Source of the DNA: Burkholderiales bacterium
GTDB taxonomy: Bacteria > Pseudomonadota > Gammaproteobacteria > Burkholderiales > Burkholderiaceae_F
Length of the DNA: 64,000 nucleotides
Assembly (NCBI GenBank): GCA_037441125.1
Contig: JBBIST010000006.1
Location: 692-64,691, forward strand
Direction: 5' to 3'
The notes beneath the pieces are model-generated. The model saw only the letters and a program-made list of their open reading frames with translations, ran no database searches and was not told where the DNA came from. Below, piece after piece: positions 9,886 to 18,371 of this stretch (the stretch's first letter is position 1; every line of letters starts with the position of its first letter). Position numbers and translations under genes: made by a program.

Positions 9886-11055
9886 CTAACCCACATGGCG
9901 CAGGCCGTCGACGATTCTCACGCGCGCCGCGCGCACCATCGGCACCAGCGCCGCGACCACGCCGACCGCGAGCGCGAACGCCATCTGCCACAGGTAGGTC
10001 AGCGGATCGACCGCGAACACCGGAAAGGCGTTGATGCCGGCGCTCGCCAGCGCCTGCTGGAAAGCGGCCGCCACCGCCGGCATCAGCGCCACCGACAGGG
10101 CGCCGCCGATCAGCGCCAGCACCAGGCTCTCGGCCAGGATCAGACGCGCGACGTAGCCGGGGCCGAAGCCGACCGCCTTGAGCGTCGCGTACTCGGCCAG
10201 GCGCTCGCGCGCGGTCATCGCCATTGTGTTCGCCGCCACCGCCAGGATGATCAGCACGACGATGTAGGACACCGACTGGATCACCTGCACGATCGTCTGC
10301 AGCATCGCCACGAAGGAAAGCTGGAACGCCTTCTCGGTCTCGGTCAGCGTCTCGGCGAGCGAGTTGGCGAAGGTGGCGTCGATCTTGCGCGCCACTTCGG
10401 CCACGCGCGCCGGATCGTCGACGTCGACCACGAACACGCCGGTCTGGTGGGCGCGGCGCGGGAAGCGCTGCTTGACGAACTCGTTCAGGTAGTCGTAGTG
10501 GAAGTACATCTGGCGCGTGATCACGGTGTCGTCGGCACCGTCGAAGATCGCGCGCACGTGGAACTCCCAGTTGCCCGGGTAGATCGTGCCGCGGATCGGC
10601 AGGCGGTCGCCGACGCGAAAGCCGTACAGGTCGGCGAGCTGGCGGCCGATCGCCGCGCCCTGGCGGTCGCGCAGGAAGGCCTGGTACTCGTCGGCGTCGA
10701 AGCGGAACTCCGGGAACATCGGGAAGAAGGCGGGCGCGTCGACCGCGAACTGGGCGAAGAAGCTGCGCTCGTCGCGCCAGATGCCACCGAACCAGTTCGA
10801 CACGGCCACCCCGCGCACGCCCTCGATTAGGCGGATCTGCTCGCGGTAGTACAGCGGCACGGTGAACACGAGCGAGATCGCGTTGCGCGTGATCAGCCGG
10901 GTGCTCGAGGCCGCGTCCACGCCCGCGTACCAGGCCTTGACCACGGTCTGCAGCAGGCCGAAGGCGGTGAGCGCGATCACCAGGCCGAGGATCGTCAGCC
11001 AGGCACGCAGCCGGGCGCGGAAGGCGTTGCGAACGACCAGCTTGAGGAAAAACAT
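9886..11055 (-). CDS. ABC transporter permease, FtsX/MacB family (paralogue)
   Basis: MFFLKLVVRNAFRARLRAWLTILG..., same architecture as the neighbouring permease, C-terminal RAARVRIVDGLRHVG. Confidence 0.85.
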   Translation of the reverse strand: MFFLKLVVRNAFRARLRAWLTILGLVIALTAFGLLQTVVKAWYAGVDAASSTRLITRNAISLVFTVPLYYREQIRLIEGVRGVAVSNWFGGIWRDERSFFAQFAVDAPAFFPMFPEFRFDADEYQAFLRDRQGAAIGRQLADLYGFRVGDRLPIRGTIYPGNWEFHVRAIFDGADDTVITRQMYFHYDYLNEFVKQRFPRRAHQTGVFVVDVDDPARVAEVARKIDATFANSLAETLTETEKAFQLSFVAMLQTIVQVIQSVSYIVVLIILAVAANTMAMTARERLAEYATLKAVGFGPGYVARLILAESLVLALIGGALSVALMPAVAAAFQQALASAGINAFPVFAVDPLTYLWQMAFALAVGVVAALVPMVRAARVRIVDGLRHVG

Positions 11056-11097
11056 GATGCTCGGCTACGCCTCGCAATGATGCGCGCTGCGCGCGTT

Positions 11098-11190
11098 GAT
11101 GACGGCGCCTGCGGCGCCTATGAGCTGCGGCGCGAAGCGCCGCTCATAGGCTGCGCAGCAGCCGTCATAGCCGCCGCAGGCGGCGTCATC
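11098..11190. repeat. Nested imperfect palindrome (REP-like) between the ABC ATPase and permease genes
   Basis: gatgacggcgcctgcggcg (11098-11116) is the 18/19 inverted complement of cgccgcaggcggcgtcatc (11172-11190). An inner pair is cctatgagc (11117-11125) / gctcatagg (11142-11150). Confidence 0.6.
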
Positions 11191-11192
11191 CA

Positions 11193-11933
11193 TCATTTCT
11201 CCCCTTGCACCGCCAGCGGCGACGTGTCCGACAACTGCCCCTTGTCGAGGTAGATCAGGTGGCGCGCGGCCTCGGCGGCGCGCGGGTCGTGCGTGACCAT
11301 CACGATCGTCTTGCCGAGCTCTTCGTTGAGCCGGCGCAGCAGCGCCAGCACGTCGGCAGCCGAGGTGCGATCGAGGTCGCCGGTCGGTTCGTCGGCGATC
11401 AGCAGCAGCGGATCGCTGACGATCGCGCGCGCGATCGCCACCCGCTGCTGCTGTCCGCCTGACAGCTCGTTCGGCCGATGGTCCATGCGGTCGGCCAGGC
11501 CCACCAGCGCCAGCGTCATCTGCACGCGCTCGCGCCGCTCGGCGCGCGACAGCCCGGTCAGCAGCAGCGGCAGCTCGACGTTCTCGAACGCGTCGAGCAC
11601 CGGCATCAGGTTGTAGAACTGGAACACGAAACCGACGCTCGCCGCGCGCCAGCCGGCGAGCTCGCCTTCGCCCAGGCGCGTGATGTCCTCGCCGTCGATG
11701 CGGATCGCGCCCGCATCCGGCTTGTCGATCCCGGCCACGAGGTTGAGCAGCGTGCTCTTGCCCGAGCCCGACGGCCCCATCAACGCCACGAACTCGCCGC
11801 GGCCGACGTCGAGGTCGATGCCGGTGAGCACCGGCACCACCTGCGCGCCGCGCAGGTAGCTCTTGCTCACGCCGCGCAGTTCGATCAGCGCCGGCCCGCT
11901 GCCGGCGCTGCGCACCGCCGCCGCCTCGCTCAC
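11193..11933 (-). CDS. ABC transporter ATP-binding protein (MacB/LolD-type)
   Basis: Walker [10 protein letters not shown], signature [14 protein letters not shown], Walker [10 protein letters not shown] place the start at GTG 11933-11931, overlapping the adaptor stop (GTGA). The rest of the 712-aa track ORF is out-of-frame read-through of the adaptor gene. Confidence 0.9.
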   Translation of the reverse strand: MSEAAAVRSAGSGPALIELRGVSKSYLRGAQVVPVLTGIDLDVGRGEFVALMGPSGSGKSTLLNLVAGIDKPDAGAIRIDGEDITRLGEGELAGWRAASVGFVFQFYNLMPVLDAFENVELPLLLTGLSRAERRERVQMTLALVGLADRMDHRPNELSGGQQQRVAIARAIVSDPLLLIADEPTGDLDRTSAADVLALLRRLNEELGKTIVMVTHDPRAAEAARHLIYLDKGQLSDTSPLAVQGEK

Positions 11934-13237
11934 TGCCTGGCCTGCACCGGGCGGTCGGCGTCGAGATCGGCCGGCGGCGCGATCACCACGCGCGCGCCCG
12001 GTGCGACGCCGTCGATGTGCACCAGGTCGCCGACCTTGCCCAGCACGCGCACCGGCGTCGGCACGGTGCGGCCACGGACGACCTCCGCTGCCTTGGCGCG
12101 AGCCTCGGCCGGCCGCGTCGCCGCGCCCTTGCCGGCCTCGCCGCCTGCCTCGCCGTCGGCACGCACGACGATCACCAGGTCGCGGCCGTCGCGCTGCACG
12201 ACCGCTTCGGGCCGCACCGCCGGCACCGGCGTGCGTTCGCCGGCAGCGAGCGGGCGCGACAGGAAGGCGATGCGCGCGCTCATGTCGGGCAGCACGCGCT
12301 CGTCGGTCTCCTCGAACCTGACCTTGACCAGCAAGGTGGCCTTGCTGCGGTCCACCGTCGGCACGATGCGCGACACCGACCCCAGCAAGCGCAGGTCGGG
12401 AAAGGCATCGAGCTGGATCTCGGCCGGCTGGCCGACGCGAATGCCGGCGATCGCGTTCTCGGAAACGTCGGCCTCGACCTCGAGCGTGCTCATGTCGGCC
12501 ATCGTCACCACTGCGCCGGTGGTGCCGGCCGCGGCCGAAAACGGCGTGACGATGTCGCCGACGTTCGCACTCTTGGTCAGGACGACGCCGGTGAACGGCG
12601 CGCGGATCAGCGTCTGGTCGAAGGCGACACCGGCCACGCGCAGATTGGCCTGCGCCACCGCGATCTGCGCCTGCAGCGTACGCATCGCCGCACTGGCCTT
12701 GCGCTGGCGCGCCTCGGCGGCATCGACCGCCGAAGCGGAGACGAAGTTTTGTGCCGCCAGTTCGCGCGCGCGCCGCAGCGCCACCTCGGCATCGGCGAGT
12801 TCGGCCTCGCCCTGCGCCAGGTTCGCCTCGGCCGCCTTGACGCTCGCCGCCACCTGCTCGCGCTGCGCCGCCACGTCGCGGTTTTCCAGGCGCGCGATGA
12901 CTTCGCCCTCGCGCACGCGCTGGCCCTCCTGCACGCCGAGCCATTCGAGCCGGCCGGTGCCCTTGCTCGACACCGACGCGCGCCGCGCCGCCACCACGCG
13001 GCCGGTGGCGTTGAGCACGGCGATCGACTGCGACGGCCAGGCCGCGGCCACCACTCCAATCTCCACCTGCGTCGGCCGCCCGCGCTGCGACGCCAACGCG
13101 GCCACGGCCGCGACCAGCACCAGCGCCAGCAGCCACGGCCAGCCGCGCTGCCACAGCGGCCGGCGGCGCAGCAGGCCGGCGCGGCTCGCGCCGCGATCGA
13201 TCGCCAGGCGCGACAGCGAATCGTCGGAGGGATTCAT
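11930..13237 (-). CDS. HlyD/MFP-family periplasmic adaptor subunit
   Basis: N-terminal TM, a biotinyl/lipoyl-like GxxVxxGxxIARLE motif, long coiled-coil heptads (AAQREQVAASVKAAEANLAQGEAELADAEVAL), and beta-barrel/MP domains. Confidence 0.85.
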   Translation of the reverse strand: MNPSDDSLSRLAIDRGASRAGLLRRRPLWQRGWPWLLALVLVAAVAALASQRGRPTQVEIGVVAAAWPSQSIAVLNATGRVVAARRASVSSKGTGRLEWLGVQEGQRVREGEVIARLENRDVAAQREQVAASVKAAEANLAQGEAELADAEVALRRARELAAQNFVSASAVDAAEARQRKASAAMRTLQAQIAVAQANLRVAGVAFDQTLIRAPFTGVVLTKSANVGDIVTPFSAAAGTTGAVVTMADMSTLEVEADVSENAIAGIRVGQPAEIQLDAFPDLRLLGSVSRIVPTVDRSKATLLVKVRFEETDERVLPDMSARIAFLSRPLAAGERTPVPAVRPEAVVQRDGRDLVIVVRADGEAGGEAGKGAATRPAEARAKAAEVVRGRTVPTPVRVLGKVGDLVHIDGVAPGARVVIAPPADLDADRPVQARQ

Positions 13238-13374
13238 CGTGACAAGCTAACGCGCATCGGCGGCCGAGGCCGGAGGCAGCGATCGTAGCCGAGCCCGGCA
13301 CTGTCCCCGCGCGAGGCGCCGCACGGTGCACGGGCCGGCACGCGGCCGGCCCGCCCGAAAACGGCGAGGCGACC

Positions 13375-15474
13375 TCAGTTCGGGATGCGCAGGGTCGTGC
13401 CGTCGAAGCTGATCCGATCGGCCGCCGGCGGACTGATTTCGATCGGCGGCACGTGCGCGGCGGTCAGCGGCGGCGCGCCGGCGCCGCGCGGCGTCGTGCG
13501 CACCACCTGCGACGGCGGCAGCGGTTTGCGCTCGGTCAGGTGTGCCCACAGCGCGTCGAGGGCGCGGTTGAAGTAGACGTGCAGCGGCACGAAGCGCTCG
13601 TTGTAGCCGGGAAAGCCGAGGAAGGCGTCGAAGTGTTGCGCGTTCGTGACCTCGATGTAGGACAGCCGGCTCGCGCCGCGTTCGCGCCGCTTGTTCTCGG
13701 CGTAGTACGGGCGCGAGGAGAAGTTGACCGGCACCAGCGTGTCGGCACGGCCGTGGACGATGATCGCCGGCTTGCGGTTCAGGTCGGCCGTGCTCTGCAC
13801 TTCGGCGATGCCGCGCTTGACGCGCCGGGCGTTGGGCGAACTGCCGGTCATCAGTTCGCGCTGGCACATGGCCACATCGAAGGCGAAGTCCGGCAGATTG
13901 GTCGACGGCGAGATCGCAAAGAGGTCGCGCCGGGCGCCGCCGACCGAGTCGTCGTAGACGAGGTTGATGCCGATCGTCGGCGGCACACCGTTGCCCAGCC
14001 CGAAGGAAAACGGCAGCAGCGGCGGGGTCGTCGCCAGCACGTTGCCGGCGGCGTCTGTGGCGGCGAAGCTCAGTCCGCACAGGCGCTCGGCGACCGAGAA
14101 GCGGCCGTAGGTGTTCGAGTAGGTCATCGTGATCGAGGGCGTGGCCAGGTTCCAGTGCGACGAGTGCAGCAGGATCGTCTCCGGTTCCCAGCCGTAGGCG
14201 AGCAGCCGGTCCATCGCCTCCTCGTACTGCGAAGCCAAATCGGTGCTGCTCAGCAAACCGTTGGCCGCCAGCGCCCGGCAGCGGTTGTCGATGACGGCGT
14301 TGAAGGCCGAACTGATCGCCAGCGGCGAGCCGGCGGCGCGCGTCGACCGTGCCGCGCACGGCTGATAGAGGTTGGCGAAGCTGAAGTAGTCGTAGAGCGG
14401 CTTGCTGCCGCCGGTGTAGACGAGGTCGCCGCGCCGGATCACCGGGTCGTGGCGCGCGTCCACCTGCACCTGCGGCTCGCTCACCGCCACGCCGTCGATC
14501 AGTCCCTCGTGGTCCTGCTCGGCGGCGGCGAGCGCCGCGCCGGCGCCGTTCGAGACGCTCGAGGCAATGACGATCGTGTTCTGCTTGGTGATGGTCCTGA
14601 GCTTGCGGCCCTCGTTGCCTTTGCCGGGCATCGGCCTGCCGTACTGCTCGTTCAGGACATAAAAGGCGAACTCGATCGCGCGCAGCGTGTCGCGGCCCCA
14701 GTCTTTCTCCGGGTTGCGCTGCGAGTGCGCGTGCTTGACCGCGAAGCGGTTCGGCGTGTCGGCGTTGAACTGCTGGCGCTGCAGGTCTGAGAGCCGGGCG
14801 GTGAAGTTGGACCTGTCGCCGGCGACAGCGGCATCGGCGCGCACGCCGTTTGGCAGGTTCACGGTGTTGGCCTGCAGGTCGTGGATGCCGTTGCCGGTGC
14901 CCTTGTCGGTGTAGGCGACCGCGCAGCCGCGCTTCAGCCCCCACTCGCCCGACGAGCCGATCGCGCCATAGACGCCGCGCGATCCGCTGCTGGTGCCGGT
15001 GACGATGCACGGCCGCCGCGGATCGAAGCTCGCCGGCACCTGCACCATCATCGTCACGTTCGGCCCGCCGTCGCGGTCGTCGGCATAGGCCAGGTACTCG
15101 CTGCCGGCGATCTTGCCTTCGCCGCTCGTCACCGTGCCGTCGGCGCCGACGTTGGGGCCGAAGAGCACGCCGTAGCCGCCGCCGGGCGCGGTGTCGACGA
15201 TCGCGCGGTAGTTGGTGTGGATCGCCACCCGGCGCAGCACCGCCGGGTCGGTCGGGTCGAGCCCGACGAGACTCAGCGGCAATGCGAGTCCGGTCTTGCC
15301 GAGCCCGGCGGTCAGCAGGTCGTCGGCAACCCCGTCGTAGGTCTTGCGGCTGACTTCGCCGAGCCAGTGGGGCTTGCCGTTGAACGCCGGCGGCACGCCG
15401 TGAGCGGCGACGCTGCCGGCCGCCAGGGCGAGAAACGCTGCCAGCGGCAGCGCGCGCAAAGCGGGCATTTTCAT
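13375..15474 (-). CDS. D-(-)-3-hydroxybutyrate oligomer hydrolase-like secreted esterase
   Basis: Signal peptide MKMPALRALPLAAFLALAAGSVAA, then KPHWLGEVSRKTYDGVADDLLTAGLGKTGL, which I recall as characteristic of the 3HB-oligomer hydrolase family (about 700 aa). Start set at ATG 15474, preceded by GGAGGAG. Confidence 0.75.
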   Translation of the reverse strand: MKMPALRALPLAAFLALAAGSVAAHGVPPAFNGKPHWLGEVSRKTYDGVADDLLTAGLGKTGLALPLSLVGLDPTDPAVLRRVAIHTNYRAIVDTAPGGGYGVLFGPNVGADGTVTSGEGKIAGSEYLAYADDRDGGPNVTMMVQVPASFDPRRPCIVTGTSSGSRGVYGAIGSSGEWGLKRGCAVAYTDKGTGNGIHDLQANTVNLPNGVRADAAVAGDRSNFTARLSDLQRQQFNADTPNRFAVKHAHSQRNPEKDWGRDTLRAIEFAFYVLNEQYGRPMPGKGNEGRKLRTITKQNTIVIASSVSNGAGAALAAAEQDHEGLIDGVAVSEPQVQVDARHDPVIRRGDLVYTGGSKPLYDYFSFANLYQPCAARSTRAAGSPLAISSAFNAVIDNRCRALAANGLLSSTDLASQYEEAMDRLLAYGWEPETILLHSSHWNLATPSITMTYSNTYGRFSVAERLCGLSFAATDAAGNVLATTPPLLPFSFGLGNGVPPTIGINLVYDDSVGGARRDLFAISPSTNLPDFAFDVAMCQRELMTGSSPNARRVKRGIAEVQSTADLNRKPAIIVHGRADTLVPVNFSSRPYYAENKRRERGASRLSYIEVTNAQHFDAFLGFPGYNERFVPLHVYFNRALDALWAHLTERKPLPPSQVVRTTPRGAGAPPLTAAHVPPIEISPPAADRISFDGTTLRIPN

Positions 15475-15701
15475 GTGCTCCTCCATGAGCCGCGCCGGCG
15501 CTGCCGGTCGGGCCGGTTCGTTATCGGTCTTGGTCTGCCGCGCCGCCCGTAAACCCGACGCGGGCCGCGAGCGTGCCGCAAAAGTGTGACCGCAGCAATG
15601 CAGCCGCGTGAGGCGTCGCGCGCCTTCATCCAGGCCGAGTAGGTCTTGCCTGTCGCCGATGCAACCTTGCATTTCTGGAGCCAAACTCCACAATTGCATC
15701 G

Positions 15702-16880
15702 ATGATTCCACGACGGCTGATCTCCGCGCTCACTTCGGCCCTGAACGAGGCCCCGGCCGTGGCGTTGCTCGGACCGCGCCAGGTCGGCAAAACCACGCTG
15801 GCGCTCGATCTGGTCCAGACCCGCCCGGCGGTCTATCTCGACCTCGAATCCGAGGCCGATCGGGCCAAGCTTGCGGACCCCGAGCTGTACCTGTCGCAGC
15901 ATGAGGACAAGCTCGTCATCCTCGATGAGATCCAGCGCACGCCGCAGATCTTCCAAAGCCTGCGTGGCCTCATCGATGCCGGCCGGCGGCGCGGGCGGGG
16001 CAAGGGGCGCTTCCTGGTGCTGGGCTCGGCGTCGATCGATCTGCTCAAGCAATCGAGCGAGTCGCTCGCCGGGCGCATCCGCTATTTGGAGCTCGCCCCG
16101 TTCAATGCCGGCGAGGTCGGGGGCGGGCAAATCGACAAGCTCTGGCTGCGCGGCGGATTCCCCGAGAGCCTGCTGGCGAGTTCCGATGCCGCGAGCCTGC
16201 GCTGGCGGGTGGACTTCATCCGCACCTACCTCGAGCGAGACATTCCGCAGCTCGGGCCGCGCATTCCCGCCGAAACCCTGCGTCGCCTCTGGACGATGCT
16301 CGCCCATCAGCAGGGTGGCCTGCTCAACGCCGCGGCGCTCGCGCGGGCGCTGGCCGTCGATGGCAAGACGGCCGCCTCGTACCTGGATCTGCTCGTGGAC
16401 CTGCTGCTGGTGCGCCGCCTGGCGCCGTGGCACGGCAACGTCCGCAAGCGCCTGGTGAAGTCGCCCAAGGTCTACATCCGCGACAGCGGCCTGGTACACG
16501 CGCTGCTCGGGATCGGCGACCGCGAGGCGCTGCTCGCGCATCCGGTGGCAGGCGGGAGTTGGGAAGGCCTGGCGATCGAGTCGCTGATCGGCGCCGCGCC
16601 GAACGGTACCGAAGCGTTCTTCTTCCGCACAGCGGCCGGCGCCGAGATCGACTTGCTGCTGAAGCTTCGCGGTCAGCGTGCGCCCTGGGCGATCGAGGTC
16701 AAGCGCGGGCTCGCGCCGAAGATCGAACGCGGCTTCCATCTGGCCTGCGACGACGTGCGCCCCAGGCGACGCCTGGTCGTGTACAGCGGCGCCGAGCGCT
16801 TCCCGCTCGCAGAGAACGTCGAGGCGGTTTCGCTCGTCGACTTGTGCGCGGAGCTCGCCGCGGCAGGTTTCAGCGCTTAA
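15702..16880 (+). CDS. AAA+ ATPase with C-terminal PD-(D/E)xK-like module (DUF4143-type)
   Basis: Walker A LLGPRQVGKTTL, Walker B-like KLVILDEIQ, and C-terminal GAEIDLLLKLRGQRAPWAIEVKRG (E-x-D...E-x-K). Confidence 0.8.
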   Translation: MIPRRLISALTSALNEAPAVALLGPRQVGKTTLALDLVQTRPAVYLDLESEADRAKLADPELYLSQHEDKLVILDEIQRTPQIFQSLRGLIDAGRRRGRGKGRFLVLGSASIDLLKQSSESLAGRIRYLELAPFNAGEVGGGQIDKLWLRGGFPESLLASSDAASLRWRVDFIRTYLERDIPQLGPRIPAETLRRLWTMLAHQQGGLLNAAALARALAVDGKTAASYLDLLVDLLLVRRLAPWHGNVRKRLVKSPKVYIRDSGLVHALLGIGDREALLAHPVAGGSWEGLAIESLIGAAPNGTEAFFFRTAAGAEIDLLLKLRGQRAPWAIEVKRGLAPKIERGFHLACDDVRPRRRLVVYSGAERFPLAENVEAVSLVDLCAELAAAGFSA

Positions 16881-17042
16881 GACTCGAAGACCTCAACACT
16901 GCACGCGCCGAGGTCTCGGTCACGCTAGAGATCGAGGTGCGGCTTCCAGGCGGAGCGAGCGGACCGTGTACTCGTTGGTGAAGTCAGCCTGTCGCACGAG
17001 GTCGGCTTGCGCTCACGCCGGGCTTGTCAATCCGCACCATGA

Positions 17043-18287
17043 ATGAATATCATCCATGTCGTGAAGACACTGCCTCGGCTGGTCGATGACGCGCTCGCCG
17101 CGCGACTGCGCGTGATGCCGGCCGTGGTGCTCACCGGCGCGCGCCAGACCGGCAAGAGCACGTTGGTCGAAAAGCTCGTTCCGGGCGACCGGCGCTACCG
17201 CTCGCTCGACGACTTCGACGTGCGCGATGCGGCGCGCCGCGACCCCGAGGCCCTGCTGGGAGGCGCCGACCCGCTCACGCTCGACGAGGTCCAGCGCGAG
17301 CCAGACCTTCTGACCGAGGTCAAGCGCGCCATCGACCGCGACCGCCGGCCCGGGCGGTACCTCCTCACCGGCTCGGCCAACCTGCTGCTGATGCGGCAGG
17401 TGTCGGAGTCGCTGGCCGGCCGCGCGAGCTACCTCACGCTCTGGCCCATGACCCGCCGCGAGCAGCTCGGGCTCGGCCGCGCGGGGCGCTGGGACGAACT
17501 GCTGGCCACGCCCGAGGCGCAGTGGCGCGACCTCTTGGCGGCTGGGGATGACGCCGAGGAAGACTGGCAGGCGCTCGCGCTGCGCGGCGGCTTTCCCACG
17601 CCGGCGCTGCAGCTCAAGTCGCCGGCCGACCGCGCCATCTGGTTCGACGGCTACGTGCGCACCTATCTCGAACGCGATCTGCAGGACCTCGCCTCGATCA
17701 GCGCGCTGCCGGACTTCCGGCGCCTGATGCAGGCCGCCTGCCTGCGGCTCGGGCAGCTCCTCAACCAGACCGAGCTCGGCCGCGACGTCGGCCTGCCGCA
17801 GCCAACGGTACACCGCTGGCTCAACCTGCTGGAAACTTCGTATCTGCTCGTGCGACTGCCGGCCTACGCGGTGAACCGCAGCAAGCGGCTCGTCAAGTCG
17901 CCCAGGATCTACTGGGGCGACACCGGCGTCGCGCTGCACCTCGGCGCGCAACTCGGCCCATCAGCTCCCGCGGGCGCGCACCTGGAGAACCTGGTCTTGC
18001 ACGATCTCTCCGCCTGGCGCGATGCGCGCGTGGACCGCGTCGAACTCGCCTACTGGCGCACCACGATCGGCGAGGAAGTGGACTTCGTGATCGAGGTCGG
18101 CGGCAAGCTGCTGCCCATCGAGGTGAAGGCCACCTCGAAGCCGCGGCTGGCCGACTGCGCGCACCTGCGCACCTTCCGGCAGGAGTACGGGCGCAAGGCG
18201 CGCGCCGGGCTCCTGCTGCACACCGGTCGCACGGTCGAGTGGCTCACCCCCGACGTGCTGGCCGTGCCATGGTGGCGGGTGCTGTGA
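17043..18287 (+). CDS. AAA+ ATPase with C-terminal PD-(D/E)xK-like module (DUF4143-type), paralogue
   Basis: Walker A LTGARQTGKSTL, DPLTLDEVQ, and C-terminal GEEVDFVIEVGGKLLPIEVKATSKP. Confidence 0.8.
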   Translation: MNIIHVVKTLPRLVDDALAARLRVMPAVVLTGARQTGKSTLVEKLVPGDRRYRSLDDFDVRDAARRDPEALLGGADPLTLDEVQREPDLLTEVKRAIDRDRRPGRYLLTGSANLLLMRQVSESLAGRASYLTLWPMTRREQLGLGRAGRWDELLATPEAQWRDLLAAGDDAEEDWQALALRGGFPTPALQLKSPADRAIWFDGYVRTYLERDLQDLASISALPDFRRLMQAACLRLGQLLNQTELGRDVGLPQPTVHRWLNLLETSYLLVRLPAYAVNRSKRLVKSPRIYWGDTGVALHLGAQLGPSAPAGAHLENLVLHDLSAWRDARVDRVELAYWRTTIGEEVDFVIEVGGKLLPIEVKATSKPRLADCAHLRTFRQEYGRKARAGLLLHTGRTVEWLTPDVLAVPWWRVL

Positions 18288-18371
18288 TACTGGTCTTGCT
18301 GAACGGACCGTGCCCCGCGTAGCGCCCAAGGGACGAGCAGAGAGCACGACAAGGACTGGAAGCCTGCCCTC

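Noticed and set aside
8657-13331. The 806-aa (8657-11077) and 712-aa (11193-13331) track ORFs taken at face value as giant fused ABC proteins.
   Set aside because: The N-terminal halves are out-of-frame read-through of the neighbouring permease and adaptor genes, with Arg/Gly-rich junk sequence. Internal starts at 9823 and 11933 give normal-sized permease and ATPase proteins.
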